Shown piece by piece: positions 1 to 13,775 of a DNA stretch of 64,000 nucleotides. The notes below the pieces were generated by a model, which worked only from the letters and a program-made list of their open reading frames with translations, searched no databases and was not told where the DNA came from. Position 1 is the first letter of the stretch. Each line of letters begins with the position of its first letter. The position numbers and the translations under genes were made by a program. The DNA is taken from positions 201,936,001 through 202,000,000 of the forward strand of contig NC_086100.1 in the NCBI RefSeq assembly GCF_963921235.1, given 5' to 3'. The DNA comes from Mobula hypostoma. Its lineage: Eukaryota.

Positions 1-2410
1 TTATTCCCACTCTTTGCTTCCTGTCTGCTAACCAATTCTCCACCCACACCAATACCTTACCCCCAATACCGTGTGCTTTAAGTTTGCACACTAATCTCCT
101 ATGTGGGACCTTGTCAAAAGCCTTTTGAAAATCCAAATATACCACATCCACTGGTTCTCCCCTATCCACTCTACTAGTTACATCCTCAAAAAATTCTGAG
201 ATTCGTCAGACATGATTTTCCTTTCACAAATCCATGCTGACTTTGACCGATCATTTCTCCACTTTCCAAATGTGCTGTTATCACATCCTTGATAACTGAC
301 TCCAGCAGTTTCCCCACCACCGACGTTAGGCTAACCGGTCTATAATTCCCCGGTTTCTCTCTCCCTCCTTTTTTAAAAATTGGGGTTACATTAGCCACCC
401 TCCAATCCTCAGGAACTAGTCCAGAATCTAACGAGTTTTGAAAAATTATCACTAATGCATCCACTATTTCTTGGGCTACTTCCTTAAGCACTCTAGGATG
501 CAGACCATCTGGCCCTGGGGATTTATCTGCCTTCAATCCCTTCAATTTACCTAACACCACTTCCCTACTAACATGTATTTCACTCAGTTCCTCCATCTCA
601 CTGGACCCTCTGTCCCTTACTATTTCTGGAAGATTATTTATGTCCTCCTTAGTGAAGACAGAACCAAAGTAATCATTCAATTGGTCTGCCATGTCCTTGC
701 TCCCCATAATCAATTCACCTGTTTCTGTCTGGAGGGGACCTACATTTGTCTTTACCAGTCTTTTCCTTTTTACATATCTATAAAAGCTTTTACAGTCCGT
801 TTTTATGTTCTTTGCCAGTTTTCTCTCATAATCTTTTTTCCCCTTCCTAATTAAGCCCTTTGTCCTCCTCTGCTGAACTCTGAATTCCTCCCAGTCCTCA
901 GGTGAGCCACTTTCTCTGGCTAATTTGTATGCTACTTCTTTGGAATTGATACTATCCCTAATTTCTCTTGTCAGCCACGGGTGCACTACCTTCCTTGATT
1001 TATTCTTTTGCCAAACTGGGATGAACAATTGTTGTAGTTCATCCATGCAACCTTTAAATGCTTGCCATTGCATATCCACCATCAATCCTTTAAGTGTCAT
1101 TTGCCAGTCTATCTTAGCTAATTCACGTCTCATACCTTCAAAGTTCCCCTTCTTTAAGTTCAGAACCTTTGTTTCTGAATTAACTATGTCACTCTCCATC
1201 GTAATGAAGAAGTCGACCATATTATGGTCACTCTTACCCAAGGGGCCTCTCACGACAAGATCGCTAATTAACCCTTCCTCATTGCTCAAAACCCAGTCCA
1301 GAATAGCCTGCTCTGTAGTTGGTTCCTCGACATGTTGGTTCAAAAAACCATCCCGCATACATTCCAAGAAATCCTCTTCCTCAGCACCTTTACCAATTTG
1401 GTTCACCCAGTCTACATGTAGATTGAAGTCACCCATTATAACTGCTGTTCCTTTATTGCACACATTTCTAATTTCCTGTTTAATACCATCTCCGACCTCA
1501 CTACTACTGTTAGGTGGCCTGTACACAACTCCCACCAGCGTCTTCTGCCCCTTAGTGTTACGCAGCTCTACCCATATCAATTCCACATCTTCCCGGCTTA
1601 TGTCCTTCCTTTCTATTGCGTTAATCTCTTCTTTAACCAGCAACGCCACCCCACCTCCCCTTCCTTCATGTCTATCCCTCCTGAATATTGAATATCCCTG
1701 AACGTTGAGCTCCCATCCCTGGTCACCCTGGAGCCATGTCTCTGTGATCCCAACTATATCATAATCATTAATAACAATCTGCACTTTCAATTCATCCACC
1801 TTATTACGAATGCTCCTTGCATTGACACATAAAGCCTTCAGGCGCTCTTTTACAACTCTCTTAGCCCTTGTACAATTATGTTGAAAAGTGGCCCTTTTTA
1901 ATGCTTGCCCTGGATTTGTCGGCCTGCCACTTTTACTTTTCTCCTTTGTACTTTTTGCTTCTACCCTCACTTTACACCCCTCTGTCTCTCTGCACTGGTT
2001 CCCATCCCTCTATTGTGAACTAACCTCCTCACGGCTAGCCTCTTTAATTTGATTCCCACCCCCCAACCATTCTAGTTTAAAGTCACCTCAGTAGCCCCCG
2101 CTAATCTCCCCGCCAGGATATTGGTCCCCCTAGGATTCAAGTGTAACCCGTCCTTTTTGTACAGGTCACGCCTGCGCCAAAAGAGGTCCCAATGATCCAA
2201 AAACTTTAATCCCTGCCCCCTGCTCCAATCCCTCAGCCACGCATTTATCCTCCACCTCATCGCATTCCTACTCTCACTGTCGCGTGGCACAGGCAGTAAT
2301 CCCGAGATTACTACCTTAGCGGTCCTTTTTCTCAACTCCCTTCCTAGCTCCCTATATTCTCCTTTCAGGACCTCATCCCTTTTCCTACCTATGTCATTGG
2401 TACCTATATG
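1..2410 (-). mobile_element. CR1-clade LINE, 5'-truncated in ORF1, continuing beyond the window start; young and nearly intact
   Basis: ORF 186-1970 has APE endonuclease motifs (NARSI, GITETW, MGDFN, SDH) and the start of RT (NYRPVSLTS, QHGF). After a frameshift near 195-200 it continues ...VVYLDFQKAFDKVPH. 2072-2410 encodes the ORF1 SGNH-esterase C-terminus (HIGTND...DGLHLN). Confidence 0.95.
186..1970 (-). pseudogene. CR1 ORF2 (endonuclease and RT N-terminus), broken by an apparent 2-nt deletion at CLTNL/EFFE
   Basis: ORF track translation; the RT frame resumes in another phase below ~198. Confidence 0.85.
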
Positions 2411-3280
2411 TCCCACTCCCTTTAAACCTCCTGGGAGCCCATTTCCCACTCCCTTTAAACCTACCGGGACCCCATTTCCCACTCCCTTTAAACATACCGA
2501 AACCCCATTTCCCACTCCGTTTAAACCAACCGGGAGCCCATTTCCCACTCCCTTTAAACCTACCGGGACCCCATTTCCCACTCCATTTAAACCTACCGGG
2601 ACCCCATTTCCCACTCCATTTAAACCTACCGGGACCCCATTTCCCACTCAATTTAAACCTACCGGGACCCCATTTCCCACTCCATTTAAACCTACCGGGA
2701 CCCCATTTCCCACTCCCTTTAAACCTACCAGGACCCCATTTCCCACTCCATTTAAACCTACCGGGACCCCATTTCCCACTCCCTTTAAACCTACCGGGAC
2801 CCCATTTCCCACTCCATTTAAACCTACTGGGAGCCCATTTCCCACTCCCTTTAAACCTACCGGGACCCCATTTCCCACTCCCTTTAAACCTACCGGGAGC
2901 CCATTTCCCACTCCCTTTAAACCAACCGGGACCCCATTTCCCACTCCCTTTAAACATACCGAAACCCCATTTCCCACTCCGTTTAAACCTACCGGGAGCC
3001 CATTTCCCACTCCCTTTAAACCTACCGGGACCCCATTTCCCACTCGATTTAAACCTACCGGGACCCCATTTCCCACTCCATTTAAACCTACCGGGACCCC
3101 ATTTCCCACTCCATTTAAACCTACCGGGACCCCATTTCCCACTCCCTTTAAACCTACCGGGACCCCATTTCCCACTCCCTTTAAAGCTACTGGGACCCCA
3201 TTTCCCACTCCATTTAAACATACCGGGACCCCATTCCCCACTCCATTTAAACCAACCGGGACCCCATTCCCCCCTCCCAT
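2411..3280. repeat. 33-bp minisatellite (cccactccctttaaacctaccgggaccccattt), ~26 copies, with degenerate units to ~3390
   Basis: Direct periodicity; 11-aa repeat [11 protein letters not shown] in the ORF track. Confidence 0.97.
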
Positions 3281-3843
3281 TGGACCCAGGGGACCTCATT
3301 TCTCTCTCCCTCTGCCACCCCCAGTAGAACCCACCAGGGCCCTGTTCTCCCCTCCCGTTGAACCCACTGGGACTTCATCTCCCACTCCCAGCTCGCATCA
3401 TACAGCCCTTTCACTGCTGCACGCCCCATTGCCTTTTACCTACAGTCCCTGATCCCCACCCTCACCACCAACCCTCGTCTGTGAATTCAGTCACTGACTC
3501 CCTCTGGAGACTGTGTCCCACAATGTCCCCCTACCCTCTACCGCATAAACGCCCACGTCACAATGTGACCGGGTGAGGTGGGGGGGGGGTCAGTCTGTGT
3601 ATAACAGTGTCCTACTACCCACCCCCCCAATAAACTCTCATATTGTTGTGTGACCGACGTGGCGGTGGGACACAAACCGACCCACACGTCCACACACCAC
3701 ACCCCCCAGGTAAATGCCAATGTCACAGTATGTCTGATGGGTGGTGAGGAGGGGGTCAGTCTGTGCCCCAGGGTAAACACGTTGCATTCAGCATCTCTGG
3801 GCCTGGAGGGGATGGGTGAGTGATGGTTTCTCTCCTCTCACAG

Positions 3844-3912
3844 CACCTGTACAGCATCCACCTGGCAGATCAGACTGAGGACTGCACCCTGCAGCTGGCC
3901 GACCACATCAAG
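3844..3912 (+). CDS. DCTN1: DCTN1 coding exon (69 nt): [23 protein letters not shown]
   Basis: Flanked by ...ctctcacag| and |gtaaga. Peptide matches vertebrate p150Glued [23 protein letters not shown], recalled from memory. Confidence 0.96.
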
Positions 3913-6900
3913 GTAAGAGCCTCTTCAGCACTGCTTCTCCATGCATAAATTCTCCCTCCTTCCCTCTGTTGCCCCCAGCTCGTTCCCCACGCCTCTCCCT
4001 CCCTTCCCTGCCCCTCCCTCCCTCCCTCCCTCAACACGTTGCAGGAGCGTGCTCAACATTTCAACCGCACTTCAGTAGCTTCACAGGTCATTATGTTACA
4101 CACAGCAGGGAATGGGAAGCTGAACGTTTGTGTTGACTGGTGTTTATACACAGGAAACGTGAAGCAAAACGGTTTGTGTTGACTGTGGTGTTTATACACA
4201 GGGAACGGGAAGCTGAATGGTTTGTGTTGACTGGTGTTTATTCACAGGAAACGGGAAGCTGAACGGTTTGTGTTGACTGGTGTTTATACACAGGAAACGT
4301 GAAGCTAACGGTTTGTGTTGACTGTGGTGTTTATACACAGGGAACGGGAAGCTGAACGGTTTGTGTTGACTGGTGTTTATTCACAGGAAACGGGAAGCTG
4401 AACGGTTTGTGTTGACTGTGGTGTTTATACACAGGAAACGGGAAGCTGAACGGTTTGTGTTGACTGTGGTGTTTATACACAGGAAACGGGAAGCTGTTTG
4501 TGTTGATATACACAGGAACGGAAGCTGAACGGTTTGTGTTGACTGGTGTTTATACACAGCTGAACTGAACAGTTTGTGTTGACTGGTGTTTATACACAGG
4601 AACGAACTGAACGGTTTGTGTACGGGTGTTTTGAACGGTTTGTGTTGACTGGTGTTTATACACAGGGAACGTGAAGCTGAACGGTTTGTGTTGACTGTGG
4701 TGTTTATACACAGGGAACGTGAAGCTGAACGGTTTGTGTTGACTGTGGTGTTTATACACAGGGAACGTGAAGCTGAACGGTTTGTGTTGACTGGGTGTTT
4801 ATACACAGGGAACGGGAAGCTGAACGGTTTGTGTTGACTGTGGTGTTTATACACAGGGAACGTGAAGCTGAACAGTTTGTGTTGACTGGTGTTTATACAC
4901 AGGGAACGGGAAGCTGAACGGTTTGTGTTGACTGTGGTGTTTATACACAGGGAACGTGAAGCTGAACGCTTTGTGTTGACTGTGGTGTTTATACACAGGG
5001 AACGTGAAGCTGAACGGTTTGTGTTGACTGGTGTTTATACACAGGGAACGTGAAGCTGAACGGTTTGTGTTGACTGGTGTTTATACACAGGGAACGGGAA
5101 GCTGAACGGTTTGTGTTGACTGGTGTTTATACAGAGGGAACGGGAAGCTGAACGGTTTGTGTTGACTGTGGTGTTTAAACACGGGGAACGTGAAGCTGAA
5201 CGGTTTGTGTTACTTGGTGTTTATACACAGGGAACGTGAAGCTGAACGCTTTGTGTTGACTGTGGTGTTTATACACAGGGAACGGGAAGCTGAACGGTTT
5301 GTGTTGACTGTGGTGTTTATACACAGAGAACGTGAAGCTGAACGGTTTGTGTTGACTGTGGTGTTTATACACAGGGAACGGGAAGCTGAACGGTTTGTGT
5401 TGACTGTGGTGTTTATACACAGGGAACGTGAAGCTGAACGGTTTGTGTTGACTGGTGTTTATACACAGGGAACGGGAAGCTGAACGGTTTGTGTTGACTG
5501 GTGTTTATACACAGGAAACGTGAAGCTGTACGGTTTGTGTTGACTGGTGTTTATACACAGGAACGGAAGCTGAACGGTTTGTTTGACTGTTGTTTATAAC
5601 AGGGAAGGAAGCTTGACTGTGTGTTTATACACAGGGAACGGTTTGTGTTGACTGGTGTTTATACACAGGAAACGTGAAGCTGAACGGTTTGTGTTGACTG
5701 GTGTTTATACACAGGGAACGGGAAGCTGAACGGTTTGTGTTGACTGGTGTTTATACACAGGGAACGTGAAGCTGAACGGTTTGTGTTGACTGTGGTGTTT
5801 ATACACAGGGAACGGGAAGCTGAACGGTTTGTGTTGACTGGTGTTTATACACAGGGAACGTGAAGCTGAACGGTTTGTGTTGACTGTGGTGTTTATACAC
5901 AGGGAACGTGAAGCTGAACGGTTTGTGTTGACTGTGGTGTTTATACACAGGGAACGTGAAGCTGAACGGTTTGTGTTGACTGTGGTGTTTATACACAGGG
6001 AACGTGAAGCTGAACGGTTTGTGTTGACTGTGGTGTTTATACACAGGGAACGGGAAGCTGAACGGTTTGTGTTGACTGGTGTTTATACACAGGGAACGTG
6101 AAGCTGAACAGTTTGTGTTGACTGGTGTTTATACACAGGGAACGGGAAGCTGAACGGTTTGTGTTGACTGTGGTGTTTATACACAGGGAACGGGAAGCTG
6201 AACGGTTTGTGTTGACTGTGGTGTTTATACACAGGGAACGTGAAGCTGAACGGTTTGTGTTTTATACACAGGGAACGTGAAGCTGAACGCTTTGTGTTGA
6301 CTGTGGTGTTTATACACAGGGAACGGGAAGCTGAACGGTTTGTGTTGACTGTGGTGTTTATACACGGGAACGTGAAGCTGAACGGTTTGTGTTGACTGTG
6401 GTGTTTATACACAGGGAACGGGAAGCTGAACGGTTTGTGTTGACTGTGGTGTTTATACACAGGGAACGTGAAGCTGAACGCTTTGTGTTGACTGTGGTGT
6501 TTATACACAGGGAACGTGAAGCTGAACGGTTTGTGTTGACCTGAACGGTTTGTGTTGACTGTGGTGTTTATACACAGGGAACGTGAAGCTGAACGGTTTG
6601 TGTTGACTGGTGTTTATACACAGGGAACGTGAAGCTGAACGGTTTGTGTTGACTGGTGTTTATACACAGGGAACGTGAAGCTGAACGGTTTGTGTTGACT
6701 GTGGTGTTTATACACAGAAAAGGTGAAGCTGAACGGTTTGTGTTGACTGTGGTGTTTATACACAGGGAAATGTGAAGCTGAACGGTTTGTGTTGACTGTG
6801 GTGTTTATACACAGGAAACGGGAAGCTGAACGGTTTGTGTTGACTGTGGTGTTTATACACAGGGAAATGTGAAGCTGAACGGTTTGTGTTGACTTGTGGT

Positions 6901-7902
6901 GTTTATACACAGGTAACGTGAAGCTAAACGGTTTCTGTTGACTGCTGTTTATACTTAGGGAACGTGAAGCTGAACGGTTTGTGTTTTATACACAGGGAAC
7001 GTGAAGCTGAATGCTTTGTGTTGACTGTGGTGTTTATTCACAGGGAACGGGAAGCTGAACGGTTTGTGTTGACTGTGGTGTTTCTACACAGAGAACGTGA
7101 AGCTGAACGGTTTGTGTTTTATACACAGGGAACGTGAAGCTGAACGCTTTGTGTTGACTGTGGTGTTTATACACGGAACGTGAAGCTGAACGGTTTGTGT
7201 TGACTGTGGTGTTTATACACAGGAAACGTGAAGCTGAACAGTTTGTGTTGACTGTGGTGTTTATACACAGGGAACGTGAAGCTGAACGGTTTGTGTTGAC
7301 TGGTGTTTATACACAGGGAACAGAAAGCTGAACGGTTTGTGTTGACTGGTGTTTATACACAGGGAACGGGAAGCTGAACAGTTTGTGTTGACTAGTGTTT
7401 ATACACAGGAAACGTGAAGCTGAACGGTTTGTGTTGTCTGGTGTTTATACACAGGGAACGTGAAGCTGAACAGTTTGTGTTGACTGGTGTTTATACACAG
7501 GGAACGGGAAGCTGAACGGTTTGTGTTGACTGTGGTGTTTATACACAGGGAACGGGAAGCTGAACGGTTTGTGTTGGCTGGTGTTTATACACAGGAAACG
7601 GGAAGCTGAACGGTTTGTGTTGGCTGGTGTTTATACCCAGGGAACGTGAAGCTGAACGCTTTGTGTTGACTGTGGTGTTTATACACAGGAAACGGGAAGC
7701 TGAACGGTTTGTGTTGACTGTTGTTTATACACAGGGACGGGAAGTTGAACGGTTTGTGTTGACTGGTGTTTATACACAGGGAACGTGAAGCTGAATGGTT
7801 TGTGTTGACTGTGGTGTTAATACACAGGGAACGTGAAGCAGAACGGTTTGTGTTGACTGTGGTGTTTATACACAGGGAACGTGAAGCTGAACCGTTTGTG
7901 TT

Positions 7903-8040
7903 ACCTAGAAACATAGAAACATAGAAAATAGGTGCAGGAGTAGGCCATTCGGCCCTTCGAGTCTGCACCGCCATTTATGATGATCATGGCTGATCATCCA
8001 ACTCAGAACCCCGCCCCAGCCTTCCCTCCATACCCCCTGA
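7903..8040 (-). mobile_element. 138-bp CR1-type LINE/SINE 3' end inside the satellite, copy 1 of 9
   Basis: The minus strand ends ...aagggccgaatggcctactcctgcacctattttctatgtttctatgtttct, a CR1-type 3' stem-loop plus 8-mer tail. Confidence 0.9.
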
Positions 8041-10804
8041 ACGGTTTGTGTTGACTGTGGTGTTTATACACAGGAAACGTGAAGCTGAACGGTTTGTGTT
8101 GGCTGGTGTTTATACATAGGGAACATGAAGCTGTACGGTTTGTGTTGGCTGGTGTTTATACACAGGGAACGGGAAGCTGAACGGTTTGTGTTGACTGTGG
8201 TGTTTATACACAGGGAACGTGAAGCTGAACGCTTTGTGTTGACTGTGGTGTTTATACACAGGGAACGGGAAGCTGAACGCTTTGTCTTGACTGTGGTGTA
8301 TATACACGGGGAACATGTCGCTGAACGGTTTGTGTTGACTGTGGTGTTTATACACAGGGAACGTGAAGCTGAACGGTTTGTGTTGACTGTGGTGTTTATA
8401 CACAGGGAACAGGAAGCTGAACGGTTTGTGTTGACTGGTGTTTATACACAGGGAACGTAAAGCTGAACGGTTTGTGTTGACTGTGGTGTTTATACACAGG
8501 GAACGGGAAGCTGAACGGTTTGTGTTGACTGGTGTTTAAACACAGGAAACGTGAAGTTGAACGGTTTGTGTTGGCTGGTGTTTATACATAGGGAATGTGA
8601 AGCTGACCGGTTTGTGTTTGTGGTATTTATACACAGGGAACGTGAAGCTGAACGCTTTGTGTTGACTGTGGTGTTTATACACGGGGAACATGAAGCTGAA
8701 CGGTTTGTTTTGACTGGTGTTAATACACAGGGAACGGGAAGCTGAACGGTTTGTGTTGACTGGTGTTTATACACAGGAAAGGTGAAGCTGTACGGTTTGT
8801 GTTGACTGTGGTGTTTATACACAGGGAACGTGAAGCTGAACGGTTTGTGTTGACTGTGGTGTTTATACACAGGGAAATGTGAAGCTGAACGGTTTGTGTT
8901 GATTGTGGAGTTTATACACAGGAAACGGGAAGCTGAACGGTTTGTGTTGTCTGGTGTTTATACACAGAGAACGGGAAGCTGAACGGTTTCTGTTGACTGC
9001 TGTTTATACTTAGGGAATGTGAAGCTGAACAGTTTGTGTTTTATACACAGGGAACGTGAAGCTGAACGGTTTGTGTTGACTGGTGTTTATACACAGGGAA
9101 CGGGAAGCTGAACGGTTTGTGTTGACTGTGGTGTTTATACACAGGGAACGTGAAGCTGAACGGTTTATGACTGTGGTGTTTATACACAGGAAACGTGAAG
9201 CTGAACAGTTTGTGCTCACTGTGGTGTTTATACACAGGAAACGGGAAGCTGAACGGTTTGTGTTGACTGTGGTGTTTATACACAGGGAACGTGAAGCTGA
9301 ACAGTTTGTGTTGACTGGTGTTTATACACAGGGAACGTGAAGCTGAACGGTTTGTGTTGACTGGTGTTTATACACAGGAAAGGTGAAGCTGTACGGTTTG
9401 TGTTGACTGTGGTGTTTATACACAGAAAAGGTGAAGCTGAACGGTTTGTGTTGACTGTGGTGTTTATACACAGGGAAATGTGAAGCTGAACGGTTTGTGT
9501 TGATTGTGGAGTTTATACACAGGAAACGGGAAGCTGAACGGTTTGTGTTGACTGTGGTGTTTATACACAGGGAAATGTGAAGCTGAACGGTTTGTGTTGA
9601 TTGTGGAGTTTATACACAGGAAACGTGAAGCTAAACGGTTTCTGTTGACTGCTGTTTATACTTAGGGAATGTGAAGCTGAACAGTTTGTGTTTTATACAC
9701 AGGGAACGTGAAGCTGAATGCTTTGTGTTGACTGTGGTGTTTATACACAGGGAACGGGAAGCTGAACGCTTTGTGTTGACTGTGGTGTTTATACACGGGG
9801 AACATGTAGCTGAACAGTTTGTGTTGGCTGGTGTTTATACACAGGGAACGGGAAGCTGAACGCTTTGTGTTGACTGTGGTGTTTATACACATGAAATGGG
9901 AAGCTGAACAGTTTGTGTTGACTGGTGTTTATACACAGGGAACAGGAAGCTGAACGGTTTGTGAAGACTGGTGTTTATACACAGGGAACGTGAAGTTGAA
10001 CGGTCTGTGTTGACTGGTGTTTATACACAGGGAACAGAAAGCTGAACGGTTTGTGTTGACTGGTGTTTATACACAGGGAACATGAAGCTGAACAGTTTGT
10101 GTTGACTAGTGTTTATACACAGGAAACGTGAAGCTGAACGGTTTGTGTTGTCTGGTGTTTATACACAGGGAACGGGAAGCTGAACGGTTTGTGTTGTCTG
10201 GTGTTTATACACAGGGAACGGGAAGCTGAACGGTTTGTGTTGACTGGTGTTTATACACAGGGAACGGGAAGCTGAACGGTTTGTGTTGACTGTGGTGTTT
10301 ATACACAGGGAACGTGAAGCTGAACGGTTTGTGTTGACTGTGGTGTTTATACACAGGGAACGTGAAGCTGAACGGTTTGTGTTGACTGGTGTTTATACAC
10401 AGGAAACGTGAAGCTAAACTGTTTGTGTTGACTGTGGTGTTTATATACAGGGAACGGGAAGCTGAACGGTTTGTGTTGACTGGTGTTTAAACACAGGAAA
10501 CGTGAAGTTCAACGGTTTGTGTTGGCTGGTGTTTATACCCAGGGAACGTGAAGCTGAACGCTTTGTGTTGACTGTGGTGTTTATACACAGGAAACGGGAA
10601 GCTGAACGGTTTGTGTTGACTGTTGTTTATACACAGGGACGGGAAGTTGAACGGTTTGTGTTGACTGGTGTTTATACACAGGGAACGTGAAGCTGAATGG
10701 TTTGTGTTGACTGTGGTGTTAATACACAGGGAACGTGAAGCAGAACGGTTTGTGTTGACTGTGGTGTTTATACACAGGGAACGTGAAGCTGAACCGTTTG
10801 TGTT

Positions 10805-10942
10805 ACCTAGAAACATAGAAACATAGAAAATAGGTGCAGGAGTAGGCCATTCGGCCCTTCGAGTCTGCACCGCCATTTATTATGATCATGGCTGATCATC
10901 CAACTCAGAACCCCGCCCCAGCCTTCCCTCCATACCCCCTGA
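10805..10942 (-). mobile_element. 138-bp CR1 3' end in satellite, copy 2
   Basis: Same sequence and junctions as copy 1. Confidence 0.9.
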
Positions 10943-12731
10943 ACGGTTTGTGTTGACTGTGGTGTTTATACACAGGAAACGTGAAGCTGAACGGTTTGTG
11001 TTGGCTGGTGTTTATACATAGGGAACATGAAGCTGTACGGTTTGTGTTGGCTGGTGTTTATACACAGGGAATGGGAAGCTGAACGGTTTGTGTTGACTGT
11101 GGTGTATATACACGGGGAACATGTAGCTGAACGGTTTGTGTTGACTGTGGTGTTTATACACAGGGAACGTGAAGCTGAACGGTTTGTGTTGACTGTGGTG
11201 TTTATACACAGGGAACAGGAAGCTGAACGGTTTGTGTTGACTGGTGTTTATACACAGGGAACGTGAAGCTGAACAGTTTGTGTTGACTGGTGTTTATACA
11301 CAGGGAACGGGAAGCTGAACGGTTTGTGTTGACTGTGGTGTTTATACACAGGGAACGTGAAGCTGAACGGTTTGTGTTGACTGTGGTGTTTATACACAGG
11401 GAACGTGAAGCTGAACAGTTTGTGCTGACTGTGGTGTTTATACACAGGAAACGGGAAGCTGAACGGTTTGTGTTGACTGTGGTGTTTATACACAGGGAAC
11501 GTGAAGCTGAACAGTTTGTGTTGACTGGTGTTTATACACAGGGAACGTGAAGCTGAACGGTTTGTGTTGACTGGTGTTTATACACAGGGAACGTGAAGCT
11601 GAACGGTTTGTGTTGACTGTGGTGTTTATACACAGGGAACGTGAAGCTGAACGGTTTGTGTTGACTGTGGTGTTTATACACAGGGAAATGTGAAGCTGAA
11701 CGGTTTGTGTTGATTGTGGAGTTTATACACAGGAAACGGGAAGCTGAACGGTTTGTGTTGACTGTGGTGTTTATACACAGGAAACGTGAAGCTAAACGGT
11801 TTCTGTTGACTGCTGTTTATACTTAGGGAATGTGAAGCTGAACAGTTTGTGTTTTATACACAGGGAACGTGAAGCTGAATGCTTTGTGTTGACTGTGGTG
11901 TTTATACACAGGGAACGGGAAGCTGAACGCTTTGTGTTGACTGTGGTGTTTATACACAGGGAACATGTAGCTGAACAGTTTGTGTTCGCTGGTGTTTATA
12001 CACAGGGAACGGGAAGCTGAACGCTTTGTGTTGACTGTGGTGTTTATACACATGAAATGGGAAGCTGAACAGTTTGTGTTGACTGGTGTTTATACACAGG
12101 AAACGTGAATCTGAACAGTTTTTTTTGTCTGGTGTTTATACACAGGGAACGGGAAGCTGAACGGTTTGTGTTGACTGGTGTTTATACACGGAACGGGAAG
12201 CTGAACGGTTTGTGTTGACTGGTGTTTATACACAGGGAACGTGAAGCTGAACGGTTTGTGTTGACTGTGGTGTTTATACACAGGGAACGTGAAGCTGAAC
12301 GGTTTGTGTTGACTGGTGTTTATACACAGGAAACGTGAAGCTAAACGGTTTGTGTTGACTGTGGTGTTTATACACAGGGAACGGGAAGCTTAACAGTTTT
12401 TGTTGACTGGTGTTTAAACACAGGAAATGTGAAGTTCAACGGTTTGTGTTGGCTGGTGTTTATACCCAGGGAACGTGAAGCTGAACGCTTTGTGTTGACT
12501 GTGGTGTTTATACACAGGAAACGGGAAGCTGAACGGTTTGTGTTGACTGGTGTTTATACACAGGGACGGGAAGTTGAACGGTTTGTGTTGACTGGTGTTT
12601 ATACACAGGGAACGTGAAGCTGAATGGTTTGTGTTGACTGTGGTGTTAATACACAGGGAACGTGAAGCAGAACGGTTTGTGTTGACTGTGGTGTTTATAC
12701 ACAGGGAACGTGAAGCTGAACCGTTTGTGTT

Positions 12732-12869
12732 ACCTGGAAACATAGAAAGATAGAAAATAGGTGCAGGAGTAGGCCATTCGGCCCTTCGAGTCTGCACCGC
12801 CATTTATTATGATCATGGCTGATCATCCAACTCAGAACCCCGCCCCAGCCTTCCCTCCATACCCCCTGA
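12732..12869 (-). mobile_element. 138-bp CR1 3' end in satellite, copy 3
   Basis: Same sequence and junctions. Confidence 0.9.
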
Positions 12870-13637
12870 ACGGTTTGTGTTGACTGTGGTGTTTATACAC
12901 AGGAAACGTGAAGCTGAACGGTTTGTGTTGGCTGGTGTTTATACATAGGGAACATGAAGCTGTACGGTTTGTGTTGGCTGGTGTTTATACACAGGGAACG
13001 GGAAGCTGAACGGTTTGTGTTGACTGTGGTGTTTATACACAGGGAACGTGAAGCTGAACGGTTTGTGTTGACTGTGGTGTTTATACACAGGGAACGTGAA
13101 GCTGAACGGTTTGTGTTGACTGTGGTGTTTATACACAGGGAACAGGAAGCTGAACGGTTTGTGTTGACTGGTGTTTATACACAGGGAACGTGAAGCTGAA
13201 CGGTTTGTGTTGTCTGGTGTTTATACACAGGGAACGGGAAGCTGAACGGTTTGTGTTGACTGTGGTGTTTATACACAGGGAACGTGAAGCTGAACGGTTT
13301 GTGTTGACTGTGGTGTTTATACACAGGAAACGTGAAGCTGAACGGTTTGTGCTGACTGTGGTGTTTATACACAGGAAACGGGAAGCTGAACGGTTTGTGT
13401 TGACTGTGGTGTTTATACACAGGGAACGTGAAGCTGAACAGTTTGTGTTGACTGGTGTTTATACACAGGGAACGGGAAGCTGAACGGTTTGTGTTGACTG
13501 GTGTTTATACACAGGGAACGTGAAGCTGAACGGTTTGTGTTGACTGTGGTGTTTATACACAGGGAACGTGAAGCTGAACGGTTTGTGTTGACTGTGGTGT
13601 TTATACACAGGGAACGTGAAGCTGAACCGTTTGTGTT

Positions 13638-13775
13638 ACCTGGAAACATAGAAACATAGAAAATAGGTGCAGGAGTAGGCCATTCGGCCCTTCGAGTCTG
13701 CACCGCCATTTATTATGATCATGGCTGATCATCCAACTCAGAACCCCGCCCCAGCCTTCCCTCCATACCCCCTGA
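13638..13775 (-). mobile_element. 138-bp CR1 3' end in satellite, copy 4
   Basis: Same sequence and junctions. Confidence 0.9.

Noticed and set aside
2391..3452. 353-aa Pro/Thr-rich mucin-like protein
   Set aside because: Translation of a 33-bp minisatellite, with no splice or codon-level evidence.
4480..5650. Indel-rich aberrant monomers near the array start (~4490-4635, ~5560-5640)
   Set aside because: Scattered small deletions look like low-coverage consensus errors and cannot be interpreted without reads.
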